Numbered from the stretch's first letter, positions 1 to 9,493 are shown. The stretch: 39,495 bases of DNA from Candidatus Omnitrophota bacterium (GCA_016204125.1 JACQLI010000045.1:1-39495), one strand, 5' to 3'. The notes: generated by a model from the sequence alone, not told the origin. Translations and numbers: made by a program.

Positions 1-537
1 CCAGTCCTCAGGAGTAATTACTGGCTTACCATCCATGTCCTTACGATCACGCTCAGCTACGGTGCTTTCCTTTTAGCGTGGGGACTCGGGCATGCAAACC
101 TCATCAGTTTTGCCTTTCGTCCAGAGAAGGAGAAAGAACATGAAGAGCTCGGCGGGTATGTTTACCGTGCTCTTCAGATTGGTGTGGTTCTTCTCGCAGC
201 GGGAACTATTTTAGGCGGCGTATGGGCCAATGATTCGTGGGGTCGTTTTTGGGGTTGGGATCCTAAAGAGACGTGGGCCTTGATCGCACTTTTTGGTTAC
301 TTAGCAGTACTCCATGCCCGTTATGTAGGCTGGATTGAACATTTCGGCACAGCCGTCGGAGCAGTGGTTGCCTTCCTTGGGATTCTTATGGCCTGGTACG
401 GCGTGAATTTTGTTCTCGCCGCTGGCCTCCATAGTTACGGATTTGGAGATGGTGGCCTTCATTACGTACTTGCTGTAGTGGGGATTGATTTGCTCTTTGT
501 TTCCTACCTCGCGTTTCGCTTCAATACGCATGGCTAA
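1..537 (+). CDS. ccsA: Cytochrome c biogenesis protein, CcsA/ResC family (System II), 5'-truncated at window edge
   Basis: Frame 1 is open from nt 1 to the TAA at 535-537. The translation carries the Trp-rich heme-handling motif WGRFWGWDPKETWALI, followed by hydrophobic helices with conserved His residues. Confidence 0.8.
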   Translation, partial: PVLRSNYWLTIHVLTITLSYGAFLLAWGLGHANLISFAFRPEKEKEHEELGGYVYRALQIGVVLLAAGTILGGVWANDSWGRFWGWDPKETWALIALFGYLAVLHARYVGWIEHFGTAVGAVVAFLGILMAWYGVNFVLAAGLHSYGFGDGGLHYVLAVVGIDLLFVSYLAFRFNTHG

Positions 538-1369
538 ACTTAAGCTTTTTTACGGGCTTTTTCTTTTTCCGCTCATCGTCGCTATTGGAATGGCAGCCCT
601 TCTCTGCACGGTTGTCTTCCTCACCCATGAGGAAGAAACACCAGAAACACTTATCGCTGCGATCAAAAGCGGCTCTCCAAGCAAGCGCTGGCAGAAGGCC
701 TTTGAACTCTCCAATGAGCTGAATCGCCACCCTGAGATGATTCGGGGGAAAGGGGTAATGAATGAGATCATTCATATCCTGAGCGATCCCGATCATTACG
801 ATCCAAAAACAAGGTCCTATATGGCGATGGCCTTGAGCCGTTTCAAAGATCCCGAGGCCGTTTACGCCCTTCGTCAGAGACTTGACAAAGAGGAGGCAGA
901 GGTCCAGTTCTATTTGATATGGGCGCTTGGCAATTTGGGTGCGCGGGAGGCAGTCCGCGATCTCGAACCTTTTCTCTCGCGCGAAGCGGCAGATTTGCGT
1001 AAAATCGCAGCTTATGTTTTAGGCATTTTGGGCGATAAAAAAACGGTATCCAAGCTCGAACCGCTATTGGATGATTCTGTTGACGATGTTTCCTGGAATG
1101 CAGCCTTGAGTCTTGCTCGTCTGGGTGATGATTCAGGAAAAGAAGTTTTGTTAAAGATGCTTGACCGAAATATTCTCGTTTCGCATCAGATGTCCAAACA
1201 AGAAATTGAGAATGTGATGGTGAATGCAGTTAAAGGATTAGCCATGCTTAAGAATGTTGAATTTATCCCTCTCCTTCAATCGTTGGCTCAGGGTGACGAA
1301 AGCCTGAAGGTGAGACAAGCCGCCATTGAAGCCATCCAATATCAAAAAGAAGGAGCCCTTCATGGCTGA
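530..1369 (+). CDS. Membrane-anchored HEAT / PBS-lyase-like repeat protein
   Basis: The ATG at 530 overlaps the ccsA stop. The protein has one N-terminal TM helix (LFYGLFLFPLIVAIGMAALLCTVVFL). It then has repeated DPEAV..AL..LG / AV..L..LL units typical of HEAT_2/PBS-lyase repeats. Confidence 0.7.
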   Translation: MAKLKLFYGLFLFPLIVAIGMAALLCTVVFLTHEEETPETLIAAIKSGSPSKRWQKAFELSNELNRHPEMIRGKGVMNEIIHILSDPDHYDPKTRSYMAMALSRFKDPEAVYALRQRLDKEEAEVQFYLIWALGNLGAREAVRDLEPFLSREAADLRKIAAYVLGILGDKKTVSKLEPLLDDSVDDVSWNAALSLARLGDDSGKEVLLKMLDRNILVSHQMSKQEIENVMVNAVKGLAMLKNVEFIPLLQSLAQGDESLKVRQAAIEAIQYQKEGALHG

Positions 1370-1925
1370 GGCCCCACCTCCTGAGAAGGTTAGCGAGGGA
1401 AGACCCACGCCTGCAACACCTCCCTATCCTCCTTACGGACAGAAGATAACGCGTCGTCAGTTTCTTTCTTGGTTTACCCTTGCCTGGGCCAGCTTTGCTG
1501 CGGCGACCCTCGGCGCTTTGTCTCTTTGCTTAAGGTTTATGTTTCCCAACGTCCTTTTTGAACCTAAGATGTCGTTCAAGGCAGGCAAACCCGAAGAGTA
1601 TGAATTGGGCGTGGACGAACGCTGGAAGGAAAAATACGGGGTTTGGATCATCAAAACAAACGTAGGGATGTATGCGCTTTCCACTGTTTGCACTCACTTG
1701 GGTTGTACGCCCAATTGGCTTGCCAACGAGAACAAATTCAAGTGTCCTTGTCACGGGAGCGGGTTCTACTCTACAGGAATAAACTTCGAAGGACCTGCAC
1801 CAAGGCCGCTTGAGCGGGTTTTAATTTCGCAGGCTGAAGACGGTCAGGTTTTGATTGATAAAAGCAAAATATTTCAACAGGAAAAAGGCCAGTGGAATCT
1901 TCCTGGCGCCTTTCTTCCTCTTTAA
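1362..1925 (+). CDS. Rieske [2Fe-2S] subunit of a cytochrome b/b6-type complex
   Basis: AGGAG lies 6 nt upstream of the ATG at 1362, and the start overlaps the HEAT gene stop. A twin-arginine motif TRRQFL precedes a TM anchor. Cluster boxes CTHLGC and CPCHGS are present. Confidence 0.9.
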   Translation: MAEAPPPEKVSEGRPTPATPPYPPYGQKITRRQFLSWFTLAWASFAAATLGALSLCLRFMFPNVLFEPKMSFKAGKPEEYELGVDERWKEKYGVWIIKTNVGMYALSTVCTHLGCTPNWLANENKFKCPCHGSGFYSTGINFEGPAPRPLERVLISQAEDGQVLIDKSKIFQQEKGQWNLPGAFLPL

Positions 1926-1946
1926 CCTCTGAGGAGTCAATAAAGA

Positions 1947-2795
1947 ATGGCTGAAGCAGAACAAGCCCAGATGCCTGGACAACCTCCTGGGCCTAAGAAA
2001 AAATTTGCCATGCCGAGTTGGGAAGAGATCAAAAAATCGGCGACGAGATCCCAGATTTGGAAATCAATCTTCCGTCATGGTTACAGTACAGATGAAAGAG
2101 ACCGCGCTCTTACTGTTCTCACAAACGTCTTCTTTCATCTTCATCCTGTCAAGGTGAGAAAGTCAGGAGCTCGGTTTGGTTTTACTTGGTGTGCGGGCGG
2201 ACTTTCCTTTTTTGTCTTCCTTACCCTTGTAGTCAGCGGGATCCTACTGATGTTTTACTACAGACCCACCGTAGAGTATGCCTATAACGATATCGTCGCC
2301 TTGAGGGAACATGTTCCTTTTGGGATTATGCGGGAACTTCACAGATGGGGTGCCCATGCGATGATCATCACAGTTTGGCTCCACATGTTTCGTGTTTTTA
2401 TGACAGGTTCCTACAAGCCGCCGCGTGAATTCAACTGGATTGTCGGCGTCATCCTCCTTGTCCTTACGATGCTTCTCAGTTTCACAGGCTACCTTCTCCC
2501 TTGGGATCAACTTGCTATGTGGGCGATTACCGTGGGAAGCAATATGGCACGCGCCACACCCTTTCTCGGACACGAAGGCCCAGGCGCTGCGCTTCTCAGC
2601 ATTGGGGATATTCAGCTTGTTCATTCAGGAAGTGATGTAAGGTTTGCTCTTCTCGGCGGCCGTTTTGTAGGTGCTGGCGCTTTGCTCAGGTTTTACATCC
2701 TCCATTGCGTCGCTATTCCTGCCGCAGCCGTTATTCTCATGGCCGTTCATTTTTGGCGTATTCGTAAGGATGGAGGAATCAGCGGACCGCTATGA
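1947..2795 (+). CDS. Cytochrome b6-like protein (N-terminal four-helix heme b core)
   Basis: The sequence aligns by eye along its length with cytochrome b6. Matching segments are [51 protein letters not shown] and RFYILH...AVHF. It ends in ...[10 protein letters not shown] like b6. WCAGG contains the Cys equivalent to the heme ci ligand. Confidence 0.92.
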   Translation: MAEAEQAQMPGQPPGPKKKFAMPSWEEIKKSATRSQIWKSIFRHGYSTDERDRALTVLTNVFFHLHPVKVRKSGARFGFTWCAGGLSFFVFLTLVVSGILLMFYYRPTVEYAYNDIVALREHVPFGIMRELHRWGAHAMIITVWLHMFRVFMTGSYKPPREFNWIVGVILLVLTMLLSFTGYLLPWDQLAMWAITVGSNMARATPFLGHEGPGAALLSIGDIQLVHSGSDVRFALLGGRFVGAGALLRFYILHCVAIPAAAVILMAVHFWRIRKDGGISGPL

Positions 2796-3874
2796 TCGAA
2801 GCCTTTAAGACGTTTGTTAATTCGATTTCATCTCCTGTTACCATATTTACCTCTGCTGCCATAGTCTTCTTCCTTATTCTTAGCTTTCCAAGAATCACAA
2901 CGAGCAAGTGGGTAGCAGGGAGTGCCCTCCTTCTTATTCTTCTCTTTTTCGGGATCGGACTTACCGATGAAAATTTCAGAAGGATTGTGACAGCTCCCGA
3001 TAATGTCCCTATTGTGGCAATGATCTTTGTCTTCGGTTATTTCACTTGGTTTGCGCTTCGGAAGGCAACGGAGAATGATCGCCGTATGGAGCAGGGCCTT
3101 CCGACTGTTGAAGCGACAGAGGCGAATGAGAAGGTTCTCGTATTCCCTTATCTTATCTTCATCGAATTTGTGGTTGCCCTTTTTTATGCGATCGGTCTTG
3201 TGATTTGGTCCATTCTTTTAAAAGCGCCACTCGAAGAACCTGCCAATCCAACCATTTCGCCGAATCCGAGCAAAGCGCCCTGGTATTTCCTGGGACTTCA
3301 AGAGATGCTTGTCTATTACGATCCGTGGATTGCGGGGGTCCTGCTTCCCACTTTTATCATTCTGGGTCTTTGCGCAATCCCTTACATTGATCGGGATACA
3401 AAGAGCTCAGGCTACTACAGTTTTAAACAGAGGCGTTTCGCCATAACCGCATTCCTTTTTGGCTTTTGGATCTTGTGGATTCTTCTAATTGTCGTGGGGA
3501 CATTTCTGCGCGGACCCAACTGGAATTTCTTTGGACCCTTCGAGGCGTGGGATGTTCACAAGGTTGTACCCCTTCTTAATGTGAACCTCTCAGAATTCAT
3601 TTATGTGAAGTGGCTTGGCTGGGGACTTCCCAAGTTTTGGATCATTCGTGAACTTCCAGGATTCGCTGTGATCATTCTTTATTACACCGCCGCGCCTCTT
3701 CTTCTTTCGAAGACTTTCTTTAAAGTAATTCATCAAAAGCTTGATCCTGTGCGTTACTCCATTTTGGCAACCCTTCTCCTTACGATGGTTGCCCTGCCTA
3801 TCAAAATGTACCTCAGATGGGCCTTTAATTTGAAATACATCGTGGCCCTCCCAGAATTTTTCTTCAATATCTAA
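2792..3874 (+). CDS. Cytochrome b C-terminal / b6f subunit IV-like membrane protein, extended form (360 aa)
   Basis: An ATGA overlap joins it to the b6-like gene. The motif [17 protein letters not shown] corresponds to the PEWYF motif of subunit IV / cyt b helix F. Extra TM helices lie on both sides of the core. Confidence 0.75.
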   Translation: MIEAFKTFVNSISSPVTIFTSAAIVFFLILSFPRITTSKWVAGSALLLILLFFGIGLTDENFRRIVTAPDNVPIVAMIFVFGYFTWFALRKATENDRRMEQGLPTVEATEANEKVLVFPYLIFIEFVVALFYAIGLVIWSILLKAPLEEPANPTISPNPSKAPWYFLGLQEMLVYYDPWIAGVLLPTFIILGLCAIPYIDRDTKSSGYYSFKQRRFAITAFLFGFWILWILLIVVGTFLRGPNWNFFGPFEAWDVHKVVPLLNVNLSEFIYVKWLGWGLPKFWIIRELPGFAVIILYYTAAPLLLSKTFFKVIHQKLDPVRYSILATLLLTMVALPIKMYLRWAFNLKYIVALPEFFFNI

Positions 3875-3883
3875 GGTTCATCC

Positions 3884-6679
3884 GTGCCTAAAGAGTCTCC
3901 CAAACTCTACAGCGTCGACAAGACCTTCGTGTGGTTTGCAATAGCAAGCGTTACCCTGCTTATCTCACTCATCCTGATGGTTGGTCAGGATTACAGTCGC
4001 GAATGGAAAAATTGGCAAAGAAAGTTTGTGCGCCTGAAATATGAAAAGACTCAAGCCGAACTTCAGTCGGCTCAGGAGAAGGTGGATAAGGCCAAACTTG
4101 AATCTCTCGAGAAAGAATTGGCCGAGGCACACAAGAATTTCAAAGCCAAAAAGCCTGAATATAAAAAAATCCAGAAAGAAATCGCAAAGCTTGATCTTGA
4201 ACTTACCAAGGTTAAATCGAAACATCAGGATCTCAAGCAATATCAAGACTCCTACAAATACTTTATTGAGGAATACCAAAACCATAAAGACCCCCGCGCT
4301 AGTGAATATGAAAAGAAATTAGAGGCGCTCATGCCCTCACTTGAAGAGGCGAGGCTTAAGGTGGAGGACCTTGAGAAAAGTAAGGAGGAAAAAGAGGCCG
4401 AGGTTAACGCCTTAAAAGAAGAGGAGAAACATCTCACCAAGGAAATCGATCGAATCACTCAAGAAAGGGATGAGGCAAAAAAAAGGCTCGCCAAACTGAA
4501 GCCAGGTCTTGTTACCGCTCTCCTCAATGCGCCCATGATCGATTTTCTCCGTCCTACCTTACAGATTCAACAAGTGGTCCTTGAAGATCTGGAGGACGAT
4601 TACCACTTCACAAGGGTGCAGAAGGTGGACCGTTGCACCACCTGTCATCTTGGGATTGATCAAAAAGGTTTTGAAGACGCCCCCCAGCCTTTCAAGACGC
4701 ATCCCAAACTCGATCTTTTTGTAGGTTCTGATTCGCCCCATTCCCTTGAAAAGTTTGGCTGCACGGTTTGTCACGGAGGAAATGGACATTCCCTCACATT
4801 TAAAGATACGGCCCACACCCCTCAGAATGAGGAACAAGAGAAAGCGTGGGAGAAAAAATACCATTGGCATCCTTTGGAAAAGTGGACAGAGAAGATGCTT
4901 CCGCTTAATCATGTCGAGGCCTCATGCACCAAATGCCATAGGGGTGTTGTGGATATTCCTCAGGCCGAGAAGTTAAATGAGGGAAGTAACCTCGCTCGAA
5001 TGTACGGGTGTTTTGGTTGTCATAAAATAGAAGGCTTTGAAAACCAGTGGAAGATCGGCCCAGGCCTTGACCACATTAACAGTAAGGTTACCAAAGATTG
5101 GATTGTTCGCTGGCTCCAGAATCCAAAGGCCTTTCGTCCCGCCACCGTGATGCCCCGTGTCTTCCATTTGAGTAATACAAGTTCACCAGAGGACACAGAG
5201 AAGAACAACGCGGCGATCGTTGGAACTGCGACTTATTTAACCAAGCATTCAACAAGCGTTGAACTTGAAAAGGCCAAAAAGGGGGATCCTAAGGAAGGGG
5301 AGCAGCTTTTCAAAAATGTGGGCTGTCTGGGTTGTCACTCTGTTGAAAGCGCGGGCGTTAATCGATTTGGACCGAATCTTTCTGGTTTGGGAAGCAAAAC
5401 CACAGCGGACTGGATTTTCACCTGGCTCAAAGATCCCAAACATTATCACAAAGATGCAAGGATGCCCAACCTTCGTTTAAGTGATGAAGCGGCAGCGGAC
5501 ATTACAAGTTACCTCCTCACGCTTCAGAATGAAAATTTTGAGAAAGAGCCCTTGCCTGAGGTGAAGCCAGAAATCGTGGATGCCATGCTTCTCAATTTCT
5601 TAAAGACAAGGCTCCGCCATGAAGAGGCGATGAGTGAACTTTCTAAGATGGACCAAGAAAGTAAATTTGATTTACTCGGAAAAGAGATCATAGGAAATCA
5701 AGGGTGTTTTGGCTGCCACAGCATACCAGGCTTTGAGCAGGCCAAACAGATTGGAACCGAACTCTCCAATGAGGGGTTAAAAGAGGTAGAAAGGCTTGAC
5801 TTTGGTTTCGTTCCCATTGAAAGGTCGCGGCAGGCGTGGTTTTCTCAGAAACTCAAAAATCCTCGCATCTTTGATCAGGGCAGGATCAGGGAATATTTTG
5901 AGAAATTGAGGATGCCGCATTTTGGTTTTACAGACGAGGAAGCCGAGGCGCTCACAACTTTTCTCCTAAGCCTTACTCAGGAAAAAATTCCTTTTGAGAT
6001 GTTGAGGATTCTTAATTTGAAGGAGCAGGAGATAGAGGCGGGAAGATTTCTCATCAGCAAATACAATTGTCAGGGCTGCCATATTCTGGATGGTAAAGGT
6101 GGCAAGGTAAAAGAATTGCTCGGAGATCCAGGCCTAGCTCCTCCTCCGCTTGACGGGGAAGGGGCTAAGGTCCATGAAACCTGGCTCTACTCCTTTCTGC
6201 GTTCTCCCTCAACCATTCGGCCTTGGCTTAAATTCAGGATGCCAACCTTTGGCTTTACGAATGATCAGATCCTCACACTTGTTAAGTATTTTTCCAATAG
6301 AGAAAAGCAGGAAATTTCATTTGATCAGAGCGAGACGCAACCTTCGCCCAAGATGCTTGAATCAGGCAAGAAACTTTTTGAAGCCTTACAGTGTACAAAG
6401 TGTCACCAGCCTGGTCAGGCCGCACCAGGACTCAGTGCATCCTTCCTCGCGCCCGACTTGACGCTTGCCAAAGAAAGACTCAAACCAAACTGGGTTGTGG
6501 AGTGGTTAAAAGATCCTCAAAAGCTTCAACCAGGGACGATGATGCCAACCTTTTTCCCCGAAGGTCAAACCCCCTTAACGGACATCCTTGAGGGAGACTC
6601 TATCAAGCAGACTGAGGCCATACGCGACTACTTGATGCAGTATACCCTTGAAGCCGAATCCTCACCTAAAAAGGCTTAA
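3884..6679 (+). CDS. Membrane-anchored octaheme c-type cytochrome with coiled-coil stalk
   Basis: GTG start with AAGG upstream. It has an N-terminal TM helix and then a K/E-rich heptad-like segment of about 180 aa. There are eight CxxCH motifs: CTTCH, CTVCH, CTKCH, CFGCH, CLGCH, CFGCH, CQGCH and CTKCH. The last five sit in repeated class-I-like modules that end in (R/M)MP. Confidence 0.85.
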   Translation: MPKESPKLYSVDKTFVWFAIASVTLLISLILMVGQDYSREWKNWQRKFVRLKYEKTQAELQSAQEKVDKAKLESLEKELAEAHKNFKAKKPEYKKIQKEIAKLDLELTKVKSKHQDLKQYQDSYKYFIEEYQNHKDPRASEYEKKLEALMPSLEEARLKVEDLEKSKEEKEAEVNALKEEEKHLTKEIDRITQERDEAKKRLAKLKPGLVTALLNAPMIDFLRPTLQIQQVVLEDLEDDYHFTRVQKVDRCTTCHLGIDQKGFEDAPQPFKTHPKLDLFVGSDSPHSLEKFGCTVCHGGNGHSLTFKDTAHTPQNEEQEKAWEKKYHWHPLEKWTEKMLPLNHVEASCTKCHRGVVDIPQAEKLNEGSNLARMYGCFGCHKIEGFENQWKIGPGLDHINSKVTKDWIVRWLQNPKAFRPATVMPRVFHLSNTSSPEDTEKNNAAIVGTATYLTKHSTSVELEKAKKGDPKEGEQLFKNVGCLGCHSVESAGVNRFGPNLSGLGSKTTADWIFTWLKDPKHYHKDARMPNLRLSDEAAADITSYLLTLQNENFEKEPLPEVKPEIVDAMLLNFLKTRLRHEEAMSELSKMDQESKFDLLGKEIIGNQGCFGCHSIPGFEQAKQIGTELSNEGLKEVERLDFGFVPIERSRQAWFSQKLKNPRIFDQGRIREYFEKLRMPHFGFTDEEAEALTTFLLSLTQEKIPFEMLRILNLKEQEIEAGRFLISKYNCQGCHILDGKGGKVKELLGDPGLAPPPLDGEGAKVHETWLYSFLRSPSTIRPWLKFRMPTFGFTNDQILTLVKYFSNREKQEISFDQSETQPSPKMLESGKKLFEALQCTKCHQPGQAAPGLSASFLAPDLTLAKERLKPNWVVEWLKDPQKLQPGTMMPTFFPEGQTPLTDILEGDSIKQTEAIRDYLMQYTLEAESSPKKA

Positions 6680-6754
6680 GCTGTAGCAAAAAGTTTTAAA
6701 TTAAGCACGGCCCAAAAAATGGCGATACATTGACGGGACTATACGTCCGTTAAA

Positions 6755-7549
6755 ATGAATAAAGCCGCGCTTTACTTACTGCAAAATCCCCTTCAATATA
6801 TCTTTGCTTTCTTCCAGGAGTTAGGTTCGATTTATCTTTTCACCAAAGCAGCCGTCGTCTCAGCCTTCTCGCCTCCCTATAAACGCTCCATCACGCGCCG
6901 TCACATGGATGAAATTGGTGTAGGGTCGCTTCCTATCGTCACTCTGACGGGGCTTTTTATGGGGCTTGTGCTTGGACTCCAGAGTATCGTCGAACTTCGT
7001 ACCATCGGAGCCACATCTTACATTGGGCGTCCCATCGGGACGACAGTGATTCGAGAATTGGGACCTGTCCTTTCTTCGATGATGGTTGCGGCGAGGGCGG
7101 GCTCAGCGATCGCAGCAGAACTTGCTTCCATGGCTATTGGAGAACAGATTGACGCCCTTCGAGCCGAGGGGAGCGATCCTGTTAAGAAACTTGTTGAACC
7201 TCGTCTTGTTGCCTGCACGATCATGACACCTGTTCTAACAGCCATCTGTGATGTGATTGCATTCGTGGGCGGTTGGCTTGTGGCGCGATATGCGGTTCAA
7301 ATCAGTTCCTTCTTTTATTGGGATTCTGTCTTTGAAGTCTTGACTCCCGCTTTCGTTTACGGAGGGCTTATCAAATCCCTCACTTTTGGTTTTATTATTG
7401 GCGTCGTTTCTTGTTACTCGGGAATACGAACAGGATTCGGCTCGGCAGGTGTGGGTGAAGCAACAACGCGTGCAGTCGTTCTTGCATCCATTTCCATCCT
7501 TGGGTTCGACTTCCTTTTAACCAAAGTTTTCATTGTTACATGGTGGTAA
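6755..7549 (+). CDS. mlaE: MlaE-family ABC transporter permease (phospholipid transport)
   Basis: The 264-aa polytopic protein matches the MlaE/YrbE pattern: GVGSLPIVTLTGLFMGLVLGLQ, REL GPVL, and EQIDALRAEGSDPVKKLV (the EID AL motif). Confidence 0.85.
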   Translation: MNKAALYLLQNPLQYIFAFFQELGSIYLFTKAAVVSAFSPPYKRSITRRHMDEIGVGSLPIVTLTGLFMGLVLGLQSIVELRTIGATSYIGRPIGTTVIRELGPVLSSMMVAARAGSAIAAELASMAIGEQIDALRAEGSDPVKKLVEPRLVACTIMTPVLTAICDVIAFVGGWLVARYAVQISSFFYWDSVFEVLTPAFVYGGLIKSLTFGFIIGVVSCYSGIRTGFGSAGVGEATTRAVVLASISILGFDFLLTKVFIVTWW

Positions 7550-8298
7550 ATTCAAATCCCATCATTGATCTAAAGGGCGTCACTCTTCATTATGGAGGAG
7601 ATGATGTCGTAAGGGATATTAACCTCGAGATCAAAGAGGGTGAAACGAAGGTCATTCTCGGTCCAAGCGGCGTTGGCAAAAGCACGATTTTAAAGGCGAT
7701 CCTTGGCCTCTTGAAACCTAAAAAGGGGGAGATATATATTCGGGAAAAAGCGATATCCAAGCTTCCTGAAAGCGAGCTTGTCAAGACAAGACTCCGCATG
7801 GCCATTGTCTTTCAACAGGGCGCACTTTTCGATTCAATGACAGTGGGAGAAAATGTAAGTTATCGCCTCCGCGAACATAATCTGATGGACGCAAAAGCAA
7901 CCGAAGAAAGAGTTCGAGAAGTTCTCAAATTTGTGGGGTTAGAGGGAGCCTTAAAACTTCGTCCTGCCCAACTCTCAGGGGGGATGAAAAAAAGGGTTGC
8001 CATAGCCAGGGCCCTTGCCCCCAACCCTGAGATTTTTCTCTTTGATGAACCAACCGTAGGTCTTGACCCAACGAATGCTTTTAATGTAGAGCAGTTGATT
8101 TTGAAATTAAAGACGAGAAAAGTCACGATCGTGATTGTGACACACGATGTAGGAAGCGCCTTCCGATTGGCCGATTCGATTGTGATGCTTCATGAAGGAA
8201 AATTCATTTTTGAAGGAACGCCTGAAGAGTTAAAGGGACAAAGCGACAAAAGGATTCGAGCTTTTCTTGATCCGATGAGCGTCGCTTCCTGCACCTAA
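7540..8298 (+). CDS. mlaF: MlaF-like ABC transporter ATP-binding protein
   Basis: Walker A GPSGVGKST, the ABC signature LSGGMKKRV and Walker B IFLFDEPT are all present. The gene overlaps the mlaE stop by 10 nt. Confidence 0.85.
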   Translation: MVVNSNPIIDLKGVTLHYGGDDVVRDINLEIKEGETKVILGPSGVGKSTILKAILGLLKPKKGEIYIREKAISKLPESELVKTRLRMAIVFQQGALFDSMTVGENVSYRLREHNLMDAKATEERVREVLKFVGLEGALKLRPAQLSGGMKKRVAIARALAPNPEIFLFDEPTVGLDPTNAFNVEQLILKLKTRKVTIVIVTHDVGSAFRLADSIVMLHEGKFIFEGTPEELKGQSDKRIRAFLDPMSVASCT

Positions 8299-8319
8299 CA
8301 CCGAAAAAGGAGTTCAGAT

Positions 8320-8964
8320 ATGGCTGGATATGATCAGGAAAAAGCTTGGAGTGATTTTAGAGTGGGGCTCATAACCTTTGCCGCCTTCTCTCTCTTGGTG
8401 CTGGGTGTTACCTTTGCGGGCGGAGACAAAGGTTTGCTTTTCAAAAAGACATCCGTAGTCAGGGCCTGGTTGGCCGATGTAGGAGGGCTCAAGAGGGGGT
8501 CCTCTGTGACTATGGGAGGGATGACCGTCGGAAAAGTTACAGATATTACGCTGGGTCATGGTTCTAAGAGAAGTCAAATAGAGGTGACAATGGAAATCCG
8601 TTCTGATGTGAGAGCCCGGATCAAAACCGATTCGCTGCCTTCAGTCAGAACTCAAGGGATGTTAGGGGATCGTTATATCGATATTTCCATGGGGAATGGA
8701 AAATCAGGAGTTCTTCCTGAAAAAAGGCCTCTTGTGGGAAAGGCAGCGAGTGACTTTGACACAACGCTGCGTCAAGCATCCGATGTGCTGAATGAAACCC
8801 AACAGCTTTTGAATGCGATCAATGAGAAACAGGGAACTGTCGGACAGTTCTTTTATGACGAGCGGTTTTATGACAGGTTGCTTGAGATCACAAGTGAGCT
8901 CAATGAACTCATCAAGGATTTCAAGAAGAATCCCAAAAAATACGTCAAGCTTTCTATCTTTTGA
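8320..8964 (+). CDS. mlaD: MlaD / MCE-domain protein
   Basis: AAGGAG RBS. An N-terminal TM anchor is followed by the MCE pattern GGLKRGSSVTMGGMTVGKV...GMLGDRYIDI. Confidence 0.8.
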   Translation: MAGYDQEKAWSDFRVGLITFAAFSLLVLGVTFAGGDKGLLFKKTSVVRAWLADVGGLKRGSSVTMGGMTVGKVTDITLGHGSKRSQIEVTMEIRSDVRARIKTDSLPSVRTQGMLGDRYIDISMGNGKSGVLPEKRPLVGKAASDFDTTLRQASDVLNETQQLLNAINEKQGTVGQFFYDERFYDRLLEITSELNELIKDFKKNPKKYVKLSIF

Positions 8965-8971
8965 TTCGAAT

Positions 8972-9002
8972 GTAGTAGGGCAGGTTTAAACCTGCCCCTA
9001 CA
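8972..9002. repeat. REP-like palindrome (GTAGGGCAGGTTT/AAACCTGCCCCTAC) acting as a likely bidirectional terminator
   Basis: A near-perfect inverted repeat with one bulged base lies between the convergent mlaD (stop at 8964) and the ArsC-like gene (stop at 9003). It shares GTAGGG(G)C...GCCCCTAC termini with the copies at 14849, 14886 and 37705. Confidence 0.7.
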
Positions 9003-9353
9003 TTAAAGGATCTCTTTTATCCGTTTCGCAGGACGGGCCAAGATCGCCTTGGACCCCTTTTCCACAATGGGGCGTTGGATCAAATCAGGGTGTTTGACCA
9101 TCAGATCCACAATTTCGCTCTCCGAAAGCTCCCTCGTACCCAACTTAAGCTCTTTGTAGATCGGCTCTTTTGTCCGCACGAGGTCCCGAGCGGTTATCCC
9201 CATTTTTCGAATCAATTCCTTGAGTTTTTCCTTGGGGATGGGGTCGAGGTAGTAATTGACGGCATCAAAATCAACCCCGCTTTCTTTAAGAGCAGAGTAC
9301 ACCTCTCGGCACGTTGTACAAGTCGGCTTTTGGTAAACCGTTACCTTAACCAT
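9003..9353 (-). CDS. ArsC/Spx/MgsR-family thioredoxin-fold protein
   Basis: An N-terminal YQKPTCTTCRE CxxC motif and a C-terminal HPDLIQRPIV motif resemble Spx/ArsC family members. The ATG at 9353 is preferred over the TTG at 9356. Confidence 0.7.
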   Translation of the reverse strand: MVKVTVYQKPTCTTCREVYSALKESGVDFDAVNYYLDPIPKEKLKELIRKMGITARDLVRTKEPIYKELKLGTRELSESEIVDLMVKHPDLIQRPIVEKGSKAILARPAKRIKEIL

Positions 9354-9493
9354 CAAGAGTGAGATCCCGCCTTCGCCTCATAGATTTCCATTACTATACA
9401 CCGAGAGTTTCCAAGAACAAGGAGCGTTTTCTTTTAAAAAAACTTGAAATCAAGACTTAATCTTATACTATAGAGGGCCACCATTTACCCCAG

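Noticed and set aside
3965-4458. Three alternative-frame or antisense ORFs (3965-4285 -, 4041-4322 +, 4252-4458 -) inside the octaheme cytochrome gene
   Set aside because: They lie in the purine-rich, K/E-coding coiled-coil segment. The low-complexity AAR/GAR bias keeps other frames open. Their translations are low-complexity, and the cytochrome frame is clearly the real one.
6730-6757. TTGACG ... TAAAAT promoter-like pair just upstream of mlaE
   Set aside because: The spacing is only 15 nt, and the -10-like hexamer overlaps the mlaE ATG (6755). Using it would remove about 50 N-terminal residues that align with MlaE proteins.
9444-9471. TTGAAA ... TACTAT promoter-like pair upstream of the SGNH/TPR gene
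   Set aside because: It is plausible (16-nt spacing), but both hexamers are imperfect in an AT-rich divergent spacer. I cannot distinguish it from chance without TSS data.
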